Notes: a model not told the origin generated them from the letters alone. 64,000 bases of DNA from Candidatus Kapaibacterium sp. (GCA_963665665.1 OY762428.1:2304001-2368000), one strand, 5' to 3'. Counted from the first letter of the stretch, positions 53,201 through 62,908 are shown. Numbers and translations are program-made.

Positions 53201-53740
53201 GCCTTTACTTAAACCGGCATCCTTCAGGTCGTTCTTTTTATAAAGAAACTGCATCCTGACATTTTTATCGGAAATGGCCAGGTCGGCGTTTTCATCACCG
53301 GCCTGATACTCATCCTCGGAAATTACCGATGTAACTTCAGTGTTGAACTTCCTGTATTGAAAATTATTGATAAGTTCAGTGTTCGAGTACCTGATGGTAT
53401 CGGGCGACTGCCTGCCGATTTTATACAGGGGGTGCTCCGTAAGGCTGGAATCCATAACCCCGGTGTGCTTATATACGAAAGTATGCGTCAGGTAGTCCCA
53501 TTCGCCGCAATGATACTGATCCCTGTATGTCAGCGGATCGCATTTCAGCTTGTAATACATATATATCTTACGGTACTCATCAGGGTTGTCCGGGAACTGC
53601 CATGTGCCGCGCCTCGTAGTAATCGAATCATAACTTAGCGTTTGTACCACAATTTTCTCCAGGGCAAAAGTATCCATTGCAACAAGAAGCATAAATGCTG
53701 TTAGTGCAGTAAGTTTCATGTTGTTCAGCAATTGTTTCAT
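50300..53740 (-). CDS. Secreted PNGase-F-related protein with LamG insert and T9SS CTD
   Basis: CGEWDY...EIARFITPYG, TGHG, CCEW, GWCPG (PNGase F-like); LamG (WTHIAMVFDG, IDDVRIWN); CTD LYPNPA. Confidence 0.82.
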   Translation of the reverse strand: MKQLLNNMKLTALTAFMLLVAMDTFALEKIVVQTLSYDSITTRRGTWQFPDNPDEYRKIYMYYKLKCDPLTYRDQYHCGEWDYLTHTFVYKHTGVMDSSLTEHPLYKIGRQSPDTIRYSNTELINNFQYRKFNTEVTSVISEDEYQAGDENADLAISDKNVRMQFLYKKNDLKDAGLSKGNIHGVKFYLKSAPITLKNLKIGLKNTNSKTTDMIDNIELVTYHYDDITVQEEGWHTIYFNEPFDWNGLFSVLFDISYSIDEDTEDVIWGANAVSGGIISAENDTFLEFDGTYDYVEATDIPEINGVQKVTYETWVKINKWKNWADIITKNNKLVLQCGGSEREVYCIVRPALNQWGRAEGVLQVGQWTHIAMVFDGSGESNNDKLKLFINGREIGLIYKHVIPSYTPVNNEPVKISSTIGNNSMIDGCIDDVRIWNDALSNDAISEWLDKDIDETHPNYSNLQLYYDMENIENGYVIDKSGKERNGRLIGMPAVKQMYPADYMKNSFGSENRPAVVMLRGEYETRVNESVATISEQLPQLSIVKFKKDGHRAIVDELINVEQGGWGYTYDPDGNRIDSSYSEKSEEIYNDVITYYTEPAEILDRYEIARFITPYGKMLDLGPDGFEWRYDVTEYAHLLTGEVDMSAGNQQELLDVRFEFIKGTPPRKVLSVDRIWGPMKSYRYSQMDNDDVLSEIEVPILDDAETFKIKTRLTGHGHHSNDGEYPHCCEWKDNDHYLLVNNDEFSWKIFQYYECAMNPVYPQGGTWPGAREGWCPGDVVKDFEFELTGIVTKPTTKFDYGITPVPANNKNMGNGNYVTSMHFIQYSAPTHEIDAELYDIISPNSWDYYSRINPICSEPTIIVRNNGSEPITSLNINIGVSGGDPIDFNWTGNIEPMRFDTIYIPITSSAFWHGDEQRKFTATVSDPNGKQDQYAENDTYTSRFKQTDMYTNSCEVRILTNLRGSEFSVEILDYAGNVVKSGDNFQNNSLYTFNFAELEEGCYTLRVLDQRHYGLSYWAIPDQGNGYLRIVDGAGEDIHVFDPDFGIGVFYSFRIGDMVDVPVKNDEFAAELYPNPATSHVDIHVPKAIGPADMYVYDLEGNVIETKSVNMQDDSMLRIEIDNYVPGTYFVRLLNDKFDIRKQFIKN

Positions 53741-54897
53741 TTTCTCTCTCTTTTGTTAGCTAAAACTTCATTCTTTCAATCAGGCAAATATAATAACGAT
53801 TAAGTTACCATGCAGAATAAAGTTCTGTATTTTTTGATTAAAAATAATAAAAGAAAGAGGAAAACGACAATATCTCCAAAAAGTAATATAATGGAGCATG
53901 AATGGGAAAAGATTGTCCTTTTTGTAAAAGCGGAAAATGCACCAAAGAATGCAAAACCGATAAAAATAAAAAGAAGAAGAAAAAACATAAAAAAAAGAAG
54001 AAAACCTGACATTCTGTTGCTGTATAAACAGGACTACGGATTACAATTTACCTAAACTATACTCCGGTTCATGCTTTCCCCGCCCCCTTATACCCGGTAT
54101 TTTCCCGGAAATATCGAAATTCCCTTATCCAAAATCAAAACCATGCTCCGGCATATCCTATCAGCGCATCCGAATATCGAACCTCCCGGCCAGAATAACA
54201 AACTTGCGGACTGGAAAAGCAATAAAATGATTCAAACCATGTTTTTTCCGCTGCAGCTCTTGTTTTTTGCCATCTGAAATATTGAATATCAGCGCTTAAA
54301 TTACTTTGGCTGGTTCGCTAAAGCCTAAAGTATTTTCAAAAATCAGATATAGATAGATCAAATAATAATATTTATAAAACAGATTATACAATATTTAATC
54401 TAAATTAATATATTATAAGTAAATATAATAATATATCCGATTCATATTATGCTTGATATAGTTTATCTAACAAAACTTTTAATATAAATTATAGAATATT
54501 ATTATCATTCAAACAAATACATTATTTATAATATAATATTTATTAAGTATCTAATAAATTACCTGATAAATCTTATGATTTATCATATATATCTATTTTG
54601 TTAGATGCATTGATTATATCCTAATTTATACTATTAATTTCATTGATCGGGTTTCTGAATTTATAATTCATATTAATAATTTTATAATATATCTGAATAA
54701 AATCATTCGGATAATTAATTATTTTATAAGATTTATTATTAATATCATTAGATATAAATATTATATCTTAATTTGTTCTGCAAATATTCTAATCAGGATT
54801 ATATATAAACTAATTCATACTATATATTTTATTATTTCCTTTCAGAGAAGCAGATAAATTTATCGCTTTAGATTATTTCAGGACGACAGAAAGGCAT

Positions 54898-54933
54898 TTT
54901 TACTCCGGGCTTTACGGTAAAAGCCGGAGTAAA
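54898..54933. terminator. Hairpin next to the IS insertion site
   Basis: tttactccgg-gctttacggtaaaag-ccggagtaaa. Confidence 0.5.
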
Positions 54934-54971
54934 CGGTTGCTTTTAAATGGCTCACACACAAAACTTGGGGA

Positions 54972-55904
54972 CTAAGCAAAAAGTTTCATTAATCTGAATA
55001 AGAAGAAATCGTTATCGACAACCCCTCTTTGGTTAGCCCTGAATAGCTTGATTTTTGAGTTGAATGACTCAGCATTAGCATTGGTACTACGCCTGACAAA
55101 GAAGTTAAGGATATTATTAAAATGATTTCTGATAGTATTGGAAACTGTATTAAACTCCTTAATAGCCAGCTCTTTTGTTTTGTCAATCCAATCGGCAATT
55201 TTCTTTGCAGCAGTGGCTTTATCATAGGATTCATATATACTTCTAAACTCTAGCACATGATAGTAAGCATTTTTTATATCAGGATATAAGTCAAACATCA
55301 ATGATGCCCTCAATTTTTGGCTTTCAGTCCATTCATTAGGTTTCCTTGCAACGATATAGCGGCATCGTGCAAGCAATTGTTTGTGAGTATCTCCATTTAT
55401 TAATTTCTCAGCTTTGAATCTTTTTCCCTTCTTCCTGCAAGCGTCAATTGCCTTGTTCTCGGTATCCAGTTCATCCCATCGATGTTTAATTCTAACGTGC
55501 TGCAAAGCTTCCAGAGCAAGCCTTACAACGTGAAAACGGTCAATAACATGGAATGCTGACGGGAAGGCCCTGCGGGCTGCCGATGACATATTATTTGCCA
55601 TATCCATCGTTATTTCCCGCACCTGATTCCTTAGTACAAGTGGTATCTTTTCAAGTACTTTAACGATTTTATCCGACGATGTTCCTTTAATTATTGCTAT
55701 TATTGTTCCTTTCCTGCCACGGCCTGCCTTGTTGGTTATAAAAGTATATAACTCTCCTTTGACCAGGGACAATTCATCAATACTGACATATGGTCCAATA
55801 TTATCAGGGAAAATCAAATAATCGGAAGCATGCTGTTTTTGATCCCAATCGGTATAATTACTGCTGTGTTCCTTATAATGGCGACGCAGTGTATTTGGTA
55901 TCAC
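54972..55904 (-). CDS. ISL3 DDE transposase, catalytic part
   Basis: SIDE, TMDMA, IDRFHV, TNANAESFNSKIK. Confidence 0.93.
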   Translation of the reverse strand: MIPNTLRRHYKEHSSNYTDWDQKQHASDYLIFPDNIGPYVSIDELSLVKGELYTFITNKAGRGRKGTIIAIIKGTSSDKIVKVLEKIPLVLRNQVREITMDMANNMSSAARRAFPSAFHVIDRFHVVRLALEALQHVRIKHRWDELDTENKAIDACRKKGKRFKAEKLINGDTHKQLLARCRYIVARKPNEWTESQKLRASLMFDLYPDIKNAYYHVLEFRSIYESYDKATAAKKIADWIDKTKELAIKEFNTVSNTIRNHFNNILNFFVRRSTNANAESFNSKIKLFRANQRGVVDNDFFLFRLMKLFA

Positions 55905-55926
55905 CCTGTAATAATTTGCTATTGTT

Positions 55927-56310
55927 TTAATCGTATCTTCCCGGGTCTCTACCTGTAGATTTTAAAAAATCCGACAACTCCTGTGTAAGTTTTACGCCCT
56001 TGGCTATGAAAGAATAATCGTTGCTAACAACCTTATTCTTATTAGTTTTATTACGCCAGCGACGACGCTTGATATACAGATATACCGCCTTGCCACGCAT
56101 TGGAAAATCCTGTATCCTCTTTGGCGGCAGGAAGCCTTTAGACTCGTATTCCACGGCTTTTGATCCTGCGGGAAGGATGTTCTTTTCTTCGATGTATATT
56201 CCTATAGCCACACTCTGATCCTGGGGATCCTCTATCTCTTTTACTTCGGTTATTGTAAAAAATTTTAACAGGCCTTCTGGGAGTATATATTTTGCCAGTT
56301 CTTCTGTCAT
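55927..56310 (-). CDS. ISL3/ISAon1 transposase N-terminal ORF
   Basis: ILPEGLLKFF, SKGF...IQDFPMRGK...RRRW; ends in DFLK across a T6A4 run. Confidence 0.88.
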   Translation of the reverse strand: MTEELAKYILPEGLLKFFTITEVKEIEDPQDQSVAIGIYIEEKNILPAGSKAVEYESKGFLPPKRIQDFPMRGKAVYLYIKRRRWRNKTNKNKVVSNDYSFIAKGVKLTQELSDFLKSTGRDPGRYD

Positions 56311-56896
56311 TATGCTGTCACTTTCATTATTTACTGATCTTCTCTTATTCTTAATTTTATTACATCCTTTAAAGCTTCTTTCTAGGCTTAAAAGGGGATG
56401 CTTGAATCTTGCAATTTAGCACTTTATCCCCAAGTTTTGTTACTGGGCCTTTTAAATGAAGATGGCACGGAGAATGCAAAAGAATATCCGGAGGCATGGG
56501 ATAGTAATTATTCAGCTTTACGGGATAAATAATATATTGGCAGGGTTTGGTATATATGAATTAATGAAGCTATTTAAGCCTGCCCCGGGCTTTCGCCCGG
56601 AACAGCTGTTTAATCAAAATTATTAGTTTGTTTCTGCCCCGAATAAAAATAATAGTATGTCAGATATTTTCAACAATACTAAGAAGTGTTACTCTGAACG
56701 AAGCGAATAGCCAGTTCTTCATAATTTTATCCAAAACAAGCGGATTCTTCAGTTGCAAGCTCTGAAAGCCTGCCCCTGCCTGCACCGATTTATCGGTGAG
56801 GTTTCGGGGAATCACAATTTTGCAATTATTCTCTTTCGAAACAGAATAATATTATCAATGCAAAGTAGTAAGGATTTGCGGTTATGCATTCAGAAA

Positions 56897-57319
56897 TCAG
56901 ACAATATTGTTAATGAAAAGAAGAATATCCACGGATGTAACAATCCCTACAAGATTGTTGTCCCAGTCAACTACCGGCAGACAATCAATTTTGTATTTCA
57001 CGAAAAGCTCAATGGCTTTCTTCAGGCTGTCTTCAGGGAAAAGTACTTTTTCCGGTTTACTAATAATATTTTTATAATCAATTATCTGGTTCAGGGTCTG
57101 GCCTTCGTAGCCGTCGTCAAATTCATAAATTTTCCTGAGCGTGTATTCCATAACGCTTCTTTCGGTTATCAGGCCAACTAATTTTTTTCCGTCCAGAACA
57201 GGCACGTGACGAACATTTTCTTCACGCATTATCTCATCAGCTTTCTTAATGGTATCATCAACCGAAACAGTATAGACATCTTTGGTCATTATCTCTATTA
57301 TTCTTGTTTTTCCCGGCAT
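56897..57319 (-). CDS. CBS-domain pair protein
   Basis: Two CBS motifs (IMTKDV...HVPVLDGKKLVGLIT; LPVVD...LVGIVT); GGAGG SD upstream of ATG 57319. Confidence 0.9.
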   Translation of the reverse strand: MPGKTRIIEIMTKDVYTVSVDDTIKKADEIMREENVRHVPVLDGKKLVGLITERSVMEYTLRKIYEFDDGYEGQTLNQIIDYKNIISKPEKVLFPEDSLKKAIELFVKYKIDCLPVVDWDNNLVGIVTSVDILLFINNIV

Positions 57320-57506
57320 AAGGCCTCCAATTGAAAATGTTAACACCTGATTATATATTCAGCGGTAATATATAAATTTTGAGCAATATTTGAAATAAAT
57401 AAAAACATTTTTTAAAATCTATTGTTCTTTAGCAAAGAAATTGTATATTTTATTGAGCCGGATAATTGATCCGGTTTTTATGATAAACACTAAAACAGGC
57501 AAAGTT

Positions 57507-58265
57507 ATGGAGAACTTGAAGCAATTCGTAAGAAATAATGACTATTTTATTGTGGCTCACAGGGGAGATTCCGGAATGGCCCCGGAAAATACATTGGCGG
57601 CATTCCAAAGGGCGCTTGATGCAGGTGCAAAGATGATTGAAACCGATATACAGTTTACAGCTGACGACAAGGTGGTTATTTTTCACGATGCAACACTGGA
57701 AAGAACAACCAATGGCAGTGGCGTCCTGGGCGAAAAAAAATATGATGAGATAAAAGGCCTTGACGCGGGGTCATGGTTCTCGGAGGAATTTTCGGGCGAA
57801 AAGATACCCCTGCTTTCCGAACTGATTGAATTAATCAGGGGAAAAGCATATCTTAATATTGAAATTAAAAGCCGTAAAAGTTCTGTAATTGACCACAGGC
57901 TGGACAAAATCCTGAACCTGATATACGAACATAAGTTTGATGACCAGGTGCTTCTGTCTTCATTCGATCATGGACTTATAAAAACAATAAAAGCGACTCA
58001 TCCGGAACTGCCTGTTGCTGCTATTAATATTCCGGGCGACAAAAGAATGCCATCGGAAATTTGCGGGGAAACCGGAGCCGAGGCTTATGTTTGCTCCCTG
58101 CTGGAAATTAATGAGGAAATTGCCGATAATGCAAAACAGAACGGTATTTATACAGGTGTTTATTCCTTTGATAATGCCGGGCATGTAGAGCTTGCAAAGA
58201 AACTCGGCATAAAGATCATGGTAACTAATTTCCCGTCGAGAATTGCAGAAATTCTTGGTGTATGA
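57507..58265 (+). CDS. Glycerophosphodiester phosphodiesterase
   Basis: AHRG, PENTLAAF, IETD, IFHD, NIEIK, SSFD, TNFP. Confidence 0.93.
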   Translation: MENLKQFVRNNDYFIVAHRGDSGMAPENTLAAFQRALDAGAKMIETDIQFTADDKVVIFHDATLERTTNGSGVLGEKKYDEIKGLDAGSWFSEEFSGEKIPLLSELIELIRGKAYLNIEIKSRKSSVIDHRLDKILNLIYEHKFDDQVLLSSFDHGLIKTIKATHPELPVAAINIPGDKRMPSEICGETGAEAYVCSLLEINEEIADNAKQNGIYTGVYSFDNAGHVELAKKLGIKIMVTNFPSRIAEILGV

Positions 58266-58433
58266 TATAGAATTTTTTTGCTTGTATTTTTTATTTATAC
58301 AATGAAACTTAACCCTGAAAGGCTATATACATTCTGTGTATTATCCTTCCGGGGTTTTATTTTTTTCCTGCCAATATTTCATCTATGTCCTGAAAAAATG
58401 CTAATTTTGTAATTTTTTAACAGGATAGGAATA

Positions 58434-59624
58434 ATGGCTTTTAAAATTAACGACAGTATAGCGTACACGGGAAAAATTGACTGGGAATTGAGAAAATTCC
58501 ACGGATCGCAGCTTAGCACTCATCGTGGAAGTTCATACAATTCATTCCTGATCAGAGATGAAAAAACCGTACTAATAGATTCCGTATGGACACCCCACAC
58601 GGCTGAGTTTATCAGGGAGCTGAAAAAGATTATCGACCTGAACGAAATAGATTATATTGTTTCTACTCATGCCGAGCCCGACCACAGCGGAGCATTGCCC
58701 CACCTTATGGCAGCCATACCGGATACGCCGGTTTACTGCACCAAAAACGGAGTAAAATCTCTTCAGGGATATTATCATAAGGATTGGAACTTTCAACCGG
58801 TTAAAACAGGCGAAACATTAAACCTTGGTTCCAAAGAGCTGATATTTGTTGAAGCACCCATGCTTCACTGGCCGGACACAATGATGGCTTTCCTTACAGG
58901 TGATAATATCCTGTTTTCCAGCGATGTTTTCGGGCAGCATATTGCCTCGGAATATATGTACAACGATCTTGAAAATGAATTCGAGGTATATTCTGAAGCA
59001 ATGAACTATTATGCCAATATAGTAGCTCCATTTTCGAAGAAAGCGCTTAGCAAGATTGATGAATTTGACAAAATGAACCTGCCCCTGGAAATGATTTTCC
59101 CGGCTCATGGCATTTTGTGGCGGAACAACCCGAGGGAAATCGTTGACAAATACTTAGAATGGGCTAACGGCTATAAAGAAAACCAGGTAACAATTGTATA
59201 CGAAACAATGTACAACAGCACCCGCAAACTGGCCGAGGCAATTGCTGCCGGTATCAAGGATTCTGACAGCGACGTAAAGATAAAACTTTTCAATGCCGCA
59301 AAAACAGATACCAGCGACCTGGTAACGGAAGTTTTCCGGTCTAAAGCCATGCTTGCCGGTTCTCCCAACCTGAATGGCGGCATTCTGAATAATATGGCCG
59401 CGTTGCTGGAAGAGCTTGCAGGAATGTCTTTAACAGGAAAGAAAGCCGGAGCATTCGGCAGTTACGGATGGAGCCCCGCTAATATCAAGCACCTGAACAG
59501 CGGCCTGGAAAATGCCGGTTTTGAATTGACAGGCAAGGGAGTAAAAACCACCTGGGCGCCTGATGAAAAAGCTCTTGGGCTGGCTTATGACTTTGGAAAA
59601 GAATTCGCTGAAGCAGTAAAATAA
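58434..59624 (+). CDS. fprA: Flavodiiron protein (FprA type, NO/O2 reductase)
   Basis: HAEPDHSG, HWPD, SDVFGQH, PAHG, plus a flavodoxin domain with FGSYGW. Confidence 0.92.
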   Translation: MAFKINDSIAYTGKIDWELRKFHGSQLSTHRGSSYNSFLIRDEKTVLIDSVWTPHTAEFIRELKKIIDLNEIDYIVSTHAEPDHSGALPHLMAAIPDTPVYCTKNGVKSLQGYYHKDWNFQPVKTGETLNLGSKELIFVEAPMLHWPDTMMAFLTGDNILFSSDVFGQHIASEYMYNDLENEFEVYSEAMNYYANIVAPFSKKALSKIDEFDKMNLPLEMIFPAHGILWRNNPREIVDKYLEWANGYKENQVTIVYETMYNSTRKLAEAIAAGIKDSDSDVKIKLFNAAKTDTSDLVTEVFRSKAMLAGSPNLNGGILNNMAALLEELAGMSLTGKKAGAFGSYGWSPANIKHLNSGLENAGFELTGKGVKTTWAPDEKALGLAYDFGKEFAEAVK

Positions 59625-59641
59625 GAATTTTTGATATTTAT

Positions 59642-59684
59642 AACTCATCTGATCACTTCAAGTGGTCGGATGAGTTTTTTTTTT
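59642..59684. terminator. Hairpin terminator between convergent genes
   Basis: aactcatctgatcac-ttcaa-gtggtcggatgagtt followed by a T run. Confidence 0.75.
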
Positions 59685-59707
59685 ATAAACAATTCCAAAT
59701 TGAATAA

Positions 59708-61954
59708 TCACCGCCCTACAACCACCGGCACAGTCCTTGTTGTGCCACCAAGACGGATATTAATAAAATACACTCCTGATGAGACTGAGGAACAATCCCA
59801 GATTATTTCGCCGTGATATACATTCATTTTATTTACGCTTATCTCGCCGGGTTTGCTGATTGTTTTACCCGTGTAGTCGTGTACTGTTATTGCGGCGTTT
59901 TGCATATCGTACCTGCTATCCCAGTATATTTCCGTACTAACACGGTTGTTTGCCGGCTGGGGATATGGAGGATAGTTATACATTTTTATTACTTCTGCCC
60001 CTGGTTCTTCTACTGGTGTATCTTCATAGAATGTGAATTTTATGAAATCTTTACCGATACCATATGAGAATAATTGATTATCTTGAAATTCGTTCAATGC
60101 CCATGGTGAATAACCAGGTAACTCAATAGTTTTCCAAATATTATTGAAGTTATTACTATTCTCGGAATAATATAAACCATTAATTGATCCTGTGATTATT
60201 TTGTTCTCCCATTTAACAATTTTGATGTAACTTCCAATATTATCAAATCTCAGTAATTTATATGATTTATTTTTCAAATCAGCTCTGTACAAAACCCCAA
60301 AAGAATTCGTATCAGTTCGGCCTGTCCAATAAATTCCACCGAGATATACATAATCATCAATAATATCCATAAAGTTTATTATTGTATCCAATGTTCTCAT
60401 TGTGATAACTGTATCCCATGTTATGCCGGGTTCTCCCGATTTTAAGATATGATAAACACATGTATCAGGTTTTTCTCCATCGTCATATCTCATATCCCTG
60501 GCAAGGGCATAATATTGGTTTTTATATTCTTTGATTGAAAACAAATGCAGAGAATCAATCAACTGTTTACTTTTATAATTAATATCTTCGTCAAAAGTAA
60601 ACAATAATGTATAGGGCCATGATGCAAATCTTGAAGGAAAATACAATTTGTATTCATTGTTATATTTCACTAAAGGAGCAAATTCAGAATAACTATAGTT
60701 GGCAGTTTCTTCAATTCGAAATATTTTAAAAGTCTCTCCTCCATCAGTAGTTTTCATTACGTTCGGATAACCTGTATTAACTCTGTTGGTGAATAAAACT
60801 CCATTAGCCATTTCATCAAAGTGTGCTGTAAAAGGTTTGTTTTTGAATTTTATAATTTCTTTGTCAGTTAGTAACTGTGGACGCCATGTAATGCCTCCAT
60901 TTGTTGTTTTAAAAATTTTTGCTTTTGTATTCCAAAAGAATCCATTCAAACTATCAATCCAGATAACATTAGCTTTGGGCTCATAATTTGACAATACTTC
61001 CCATGTTACACCTCCGTTTGTTGATTTAATAATGGAATTGTCTTTACCTGCAGCAAAAATCAAATCATCATTAATAAAATTAAGTTCCATTAAAAACAAC
61101 TCAGTTACATATCTGTCTAACTCATTATTTGAAATTGTTTTTGTTCCGTTTCCATCATTTTTATAGAATAGTACCTGATTATAATTAAAACGTGTATCAA
61201 TTGTTCCCGTTGTTATCGAATACAAAATATCATCGTTAACATCAAATAGTTTAGTTTTGGAGTAGATTTCTTCAAAAACTTCAAGATTATTAGTTTTATA
61301 TATAAGCGAATCGGATATAAAATACAAATAACCATTACTATTTACAAATCTTCTGATTGTCTTGTTAGAATCGGTTAAATTTCTTTGATATAGATCAATA
61401 ACTGATACTTCATCCTGATTATCAGGTGATATTTTTAATATTTTGCTGTTTTTTGTAGCAATTAGTAAGGAGTTTCTAAAATAACATAAGCCACTTATTT
61501 CAATACCATCCGGAATATTGATTTCTTTAAAAAATTGAAAGTCTAAATTGAATGCCAAAACTTTATCTTTAAATGCCATGTAATATTTATTGGACAATTT
61601 ATAAATATCAACGATTTCATCTGTCAGGCTGTCGGGTAATGTTATTGTTTCAAGCAGATCAGCATTTTCATTGAGTTTGAAAAAATATTTTTGATTATAA
61701 ACACCATAGAATTCATTACCATCAGTTCTTATTTTTTTTATAGCCAATGGTTCTAAAACAGGTTGAATATTTACCCATTCTGATGTAAAAAAATTCGTTT
61801 TTAAAAAGTTGCTCGAATTGCCATAGAATAAAATACAATTATCATTATGTACAATCCCATAAATATCATCAATATTCAATTTTTCATAATGAAATTTCAG
61901 ATCAGCATTGGAAATATATACAATCAGTAAGAATAACGGTAATATCTTTTTCAT
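59708..61954 (-). CDS. Secreted beta-propeller protein (BNR/YCF48-like) with T9SS CTD
   Basis: KSTNGGVTW, KTTNGGITW and KTTDGGETF Asp-box repeats; CTD PYPQPA...VSSGVYFI. Confidence 0.8.
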   Translation of the reverse strand: MKKILPLFLLIVYISNADLKFHYEKLNIDDIYGIVHNDNCILFYGNSSNFLKTNFFTSEWVNIQPVLEPLAIKKIRTDGNEFYGVYNQKYFFKLNENADLLETITLPDSLTDEIVDIYKLSNKYYMAFKDKVLAFNLDFQFFKEINIPDGIEISGLCYFRNSLLIATKNSKILKISPDNQDEVSVIDLYQRNLTDSNKTIRRFVNSNGYLYFISDSLIYKTNNLEVFEEIYSKTKLFDVNDDILYSITTGTIDTRFNYNQVLFYKNDGNGTKTISNNELDRYVTELFLMELNFINDDLIFAAGKDNSIIKSTNGGVTWEVLSNYEPKANVIWIDSLNGFFWNTKAKIFKTTNGGITWRPQLLTDKEIIKFKNKPFTAHFDEMANGVLFTNRVNTGYPNVMKTTDGGETFKIFRIEETANYSYSEFAPLVKYNNEYKLYFPSRFASWPYTLLFTFDEDINYKSKQLIDSLHLFSIKEYKNQYYALARDMRYDDGEKPDTCVYHILKSGEPGITWDTVITMRTLDTIINFMDIIDDYVYLGGIYWTGRTDTNSFGVLYRADLKNKSYKLLRFDNIGSYIKIVKWENKIITGSINGLYYSENSNNFNNIWKTIELPGYSPWALNEFQDNQLFSYGIGKDFIKFTFYEDTPVEEPGAEVIKMYNYPPYPQPANNRVSTEIYWDSRYDMQNAAITVHDYTGKTISKPGEISVNKMNVYHGEIIWDCSSVSSGVYFINIRLGGTTRTVPVVVGR

Positions 61955-62109
61955 CTCCAATCCTTTATGATTATGGTTTAATTATTTCCCCGAATGATTA
62001 ATATCTAAATCTGATTCTTTATTAAGGTATGAAATATTTTATATATAAGCAAGAAAAAAATAAATAATCTTAATTATTTTTCACAACTAAAATTATCTCC
62101 TCAAACTGC

Positions 62110-62252
62110 CCCCGCGATCTCCGTATCCCGACACAAATCAGGGTAGGATTTCCCAATTCTCTTTACTTTCGGATAAGATATCCGAAAGAGCCCGGGCTTC
62201 ATATTTACTTTGCATTTGTTTTACCTTCCCAAGCAGGGGCTTGGGAAGGAGA
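62110..62252. repeat. Dispersed repeat related (inverted) to 32990-33075 and 32727-32750
   Basis: ggatttcccaat...tttcggataagatatccgaaagag matches the reverse complement of 32991-33075; ccttcccaag...ttgggaa palindrome. Confidence 0.7.
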
Positions 62253-62301
62253 TAAAATATCAACTCAACCAAACTTATTACTTATCAAGACTTTATAAAA
62301 A

Positions 62302-62336
62302 AACTCATCCGATGGCCTAAAGCCATCGGATGAGTT
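62302..62336 (-). terminator. Hairpin terminator after the cupin gene
   Basis: aactcatccgatggc-ctaaa-gccatcggatgagtt. Confidence 0.75.
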
Positions 62337-62364
62337 AAAAGTGGTTAGATATTTTCAGGAAATA

Positions 62365-62865
62365 TCAGCTTAATTTCTCAATTATTTCTTTGTGAACGGG
62401 GAAAAGTTTAAGAAGCTGTTCCCTGTTTCCCAATTCAAAATCATTGAAATCAAATCCGGGAGCAACAGTGCATCCAACGAGTGAGTAAGATTCCCTTTCA
62501 ACCGGCTCGGCTGCAAACCAGCTACCTGCTTTGATAACTAATTGAAGGTCATGGCGTTTTTCCGGATCATTGCCAAGGAGCAATTCCGAATAGTTGCCTT
62601 CAGGGCTTATCTGGTACAAGCGAACGGGGCTTCCGTAATAGAAATGCCAAATCTCATCGGATTGCAGCCGATGAAACTTCGAGCATTGTCCGCTTTTAAG
62701 CAGAAAATAGATTGACGTTGAAAAACTATGTTCAGTATTGTATCTTTCGGGAAGGGAATCTGATGAAACAGTTTCGGCAGAACGATATATTTCATTGAAA
62801 TATCCTCCTTCAGGATGGGGCTGCAATTGAAGTTTTTCTATCCAGTAATCGAATGATTTCAACAT
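62365..62865 (-). CDS. Cupin_5 (DUF985) protein
   Basis: LQPHPEGGYF, TSIYFLL, FHRLQSDEIWHFYYG, GCTVAPGFDFNDF. Confidence 0.92.
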   Translation of the reverse strand: MLKSFDYWIEKLQLQPHPEGGYFNEIYRSAETVSSDSLPERYNTEHSFSTSIYFLLKSGQCSKFHRLQSDEIWHFYYGSPVRLYQISPEGNYSELLLGNDPEKRHDLQLVIKAGSWFAAEPVERESYSLVGCTVAPGFDFNDFELGNREQLLKLFPVHKEIIEKLS

Positions 62866-62908
62866 ATAAATTCTTCTGTTAATTTAAAAAATTTGCCTGT
62901 CGGGATAT

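Larger units (their letters stand above)
54949..56449 (-). mobile_element. ISL3-family insertion sequence (ISAon1-like), 1501 bp
   Basis: Imperfect terminal inverted repeats GGCTCACACACAAAACTTGGGGA and GGCCCAGTAACAAAACTTGGGGA; 8-bp target duplication TTTTAAAT at 54941-54948 and 56450-56457. Confidence 0.93.

Noticed and set aside
53800-54277. Lys/Arg-rich and Phe-rich short ORFs
   Set aside because: Low-complexity products of an A-rich tract, with no RBS or recognisable family.
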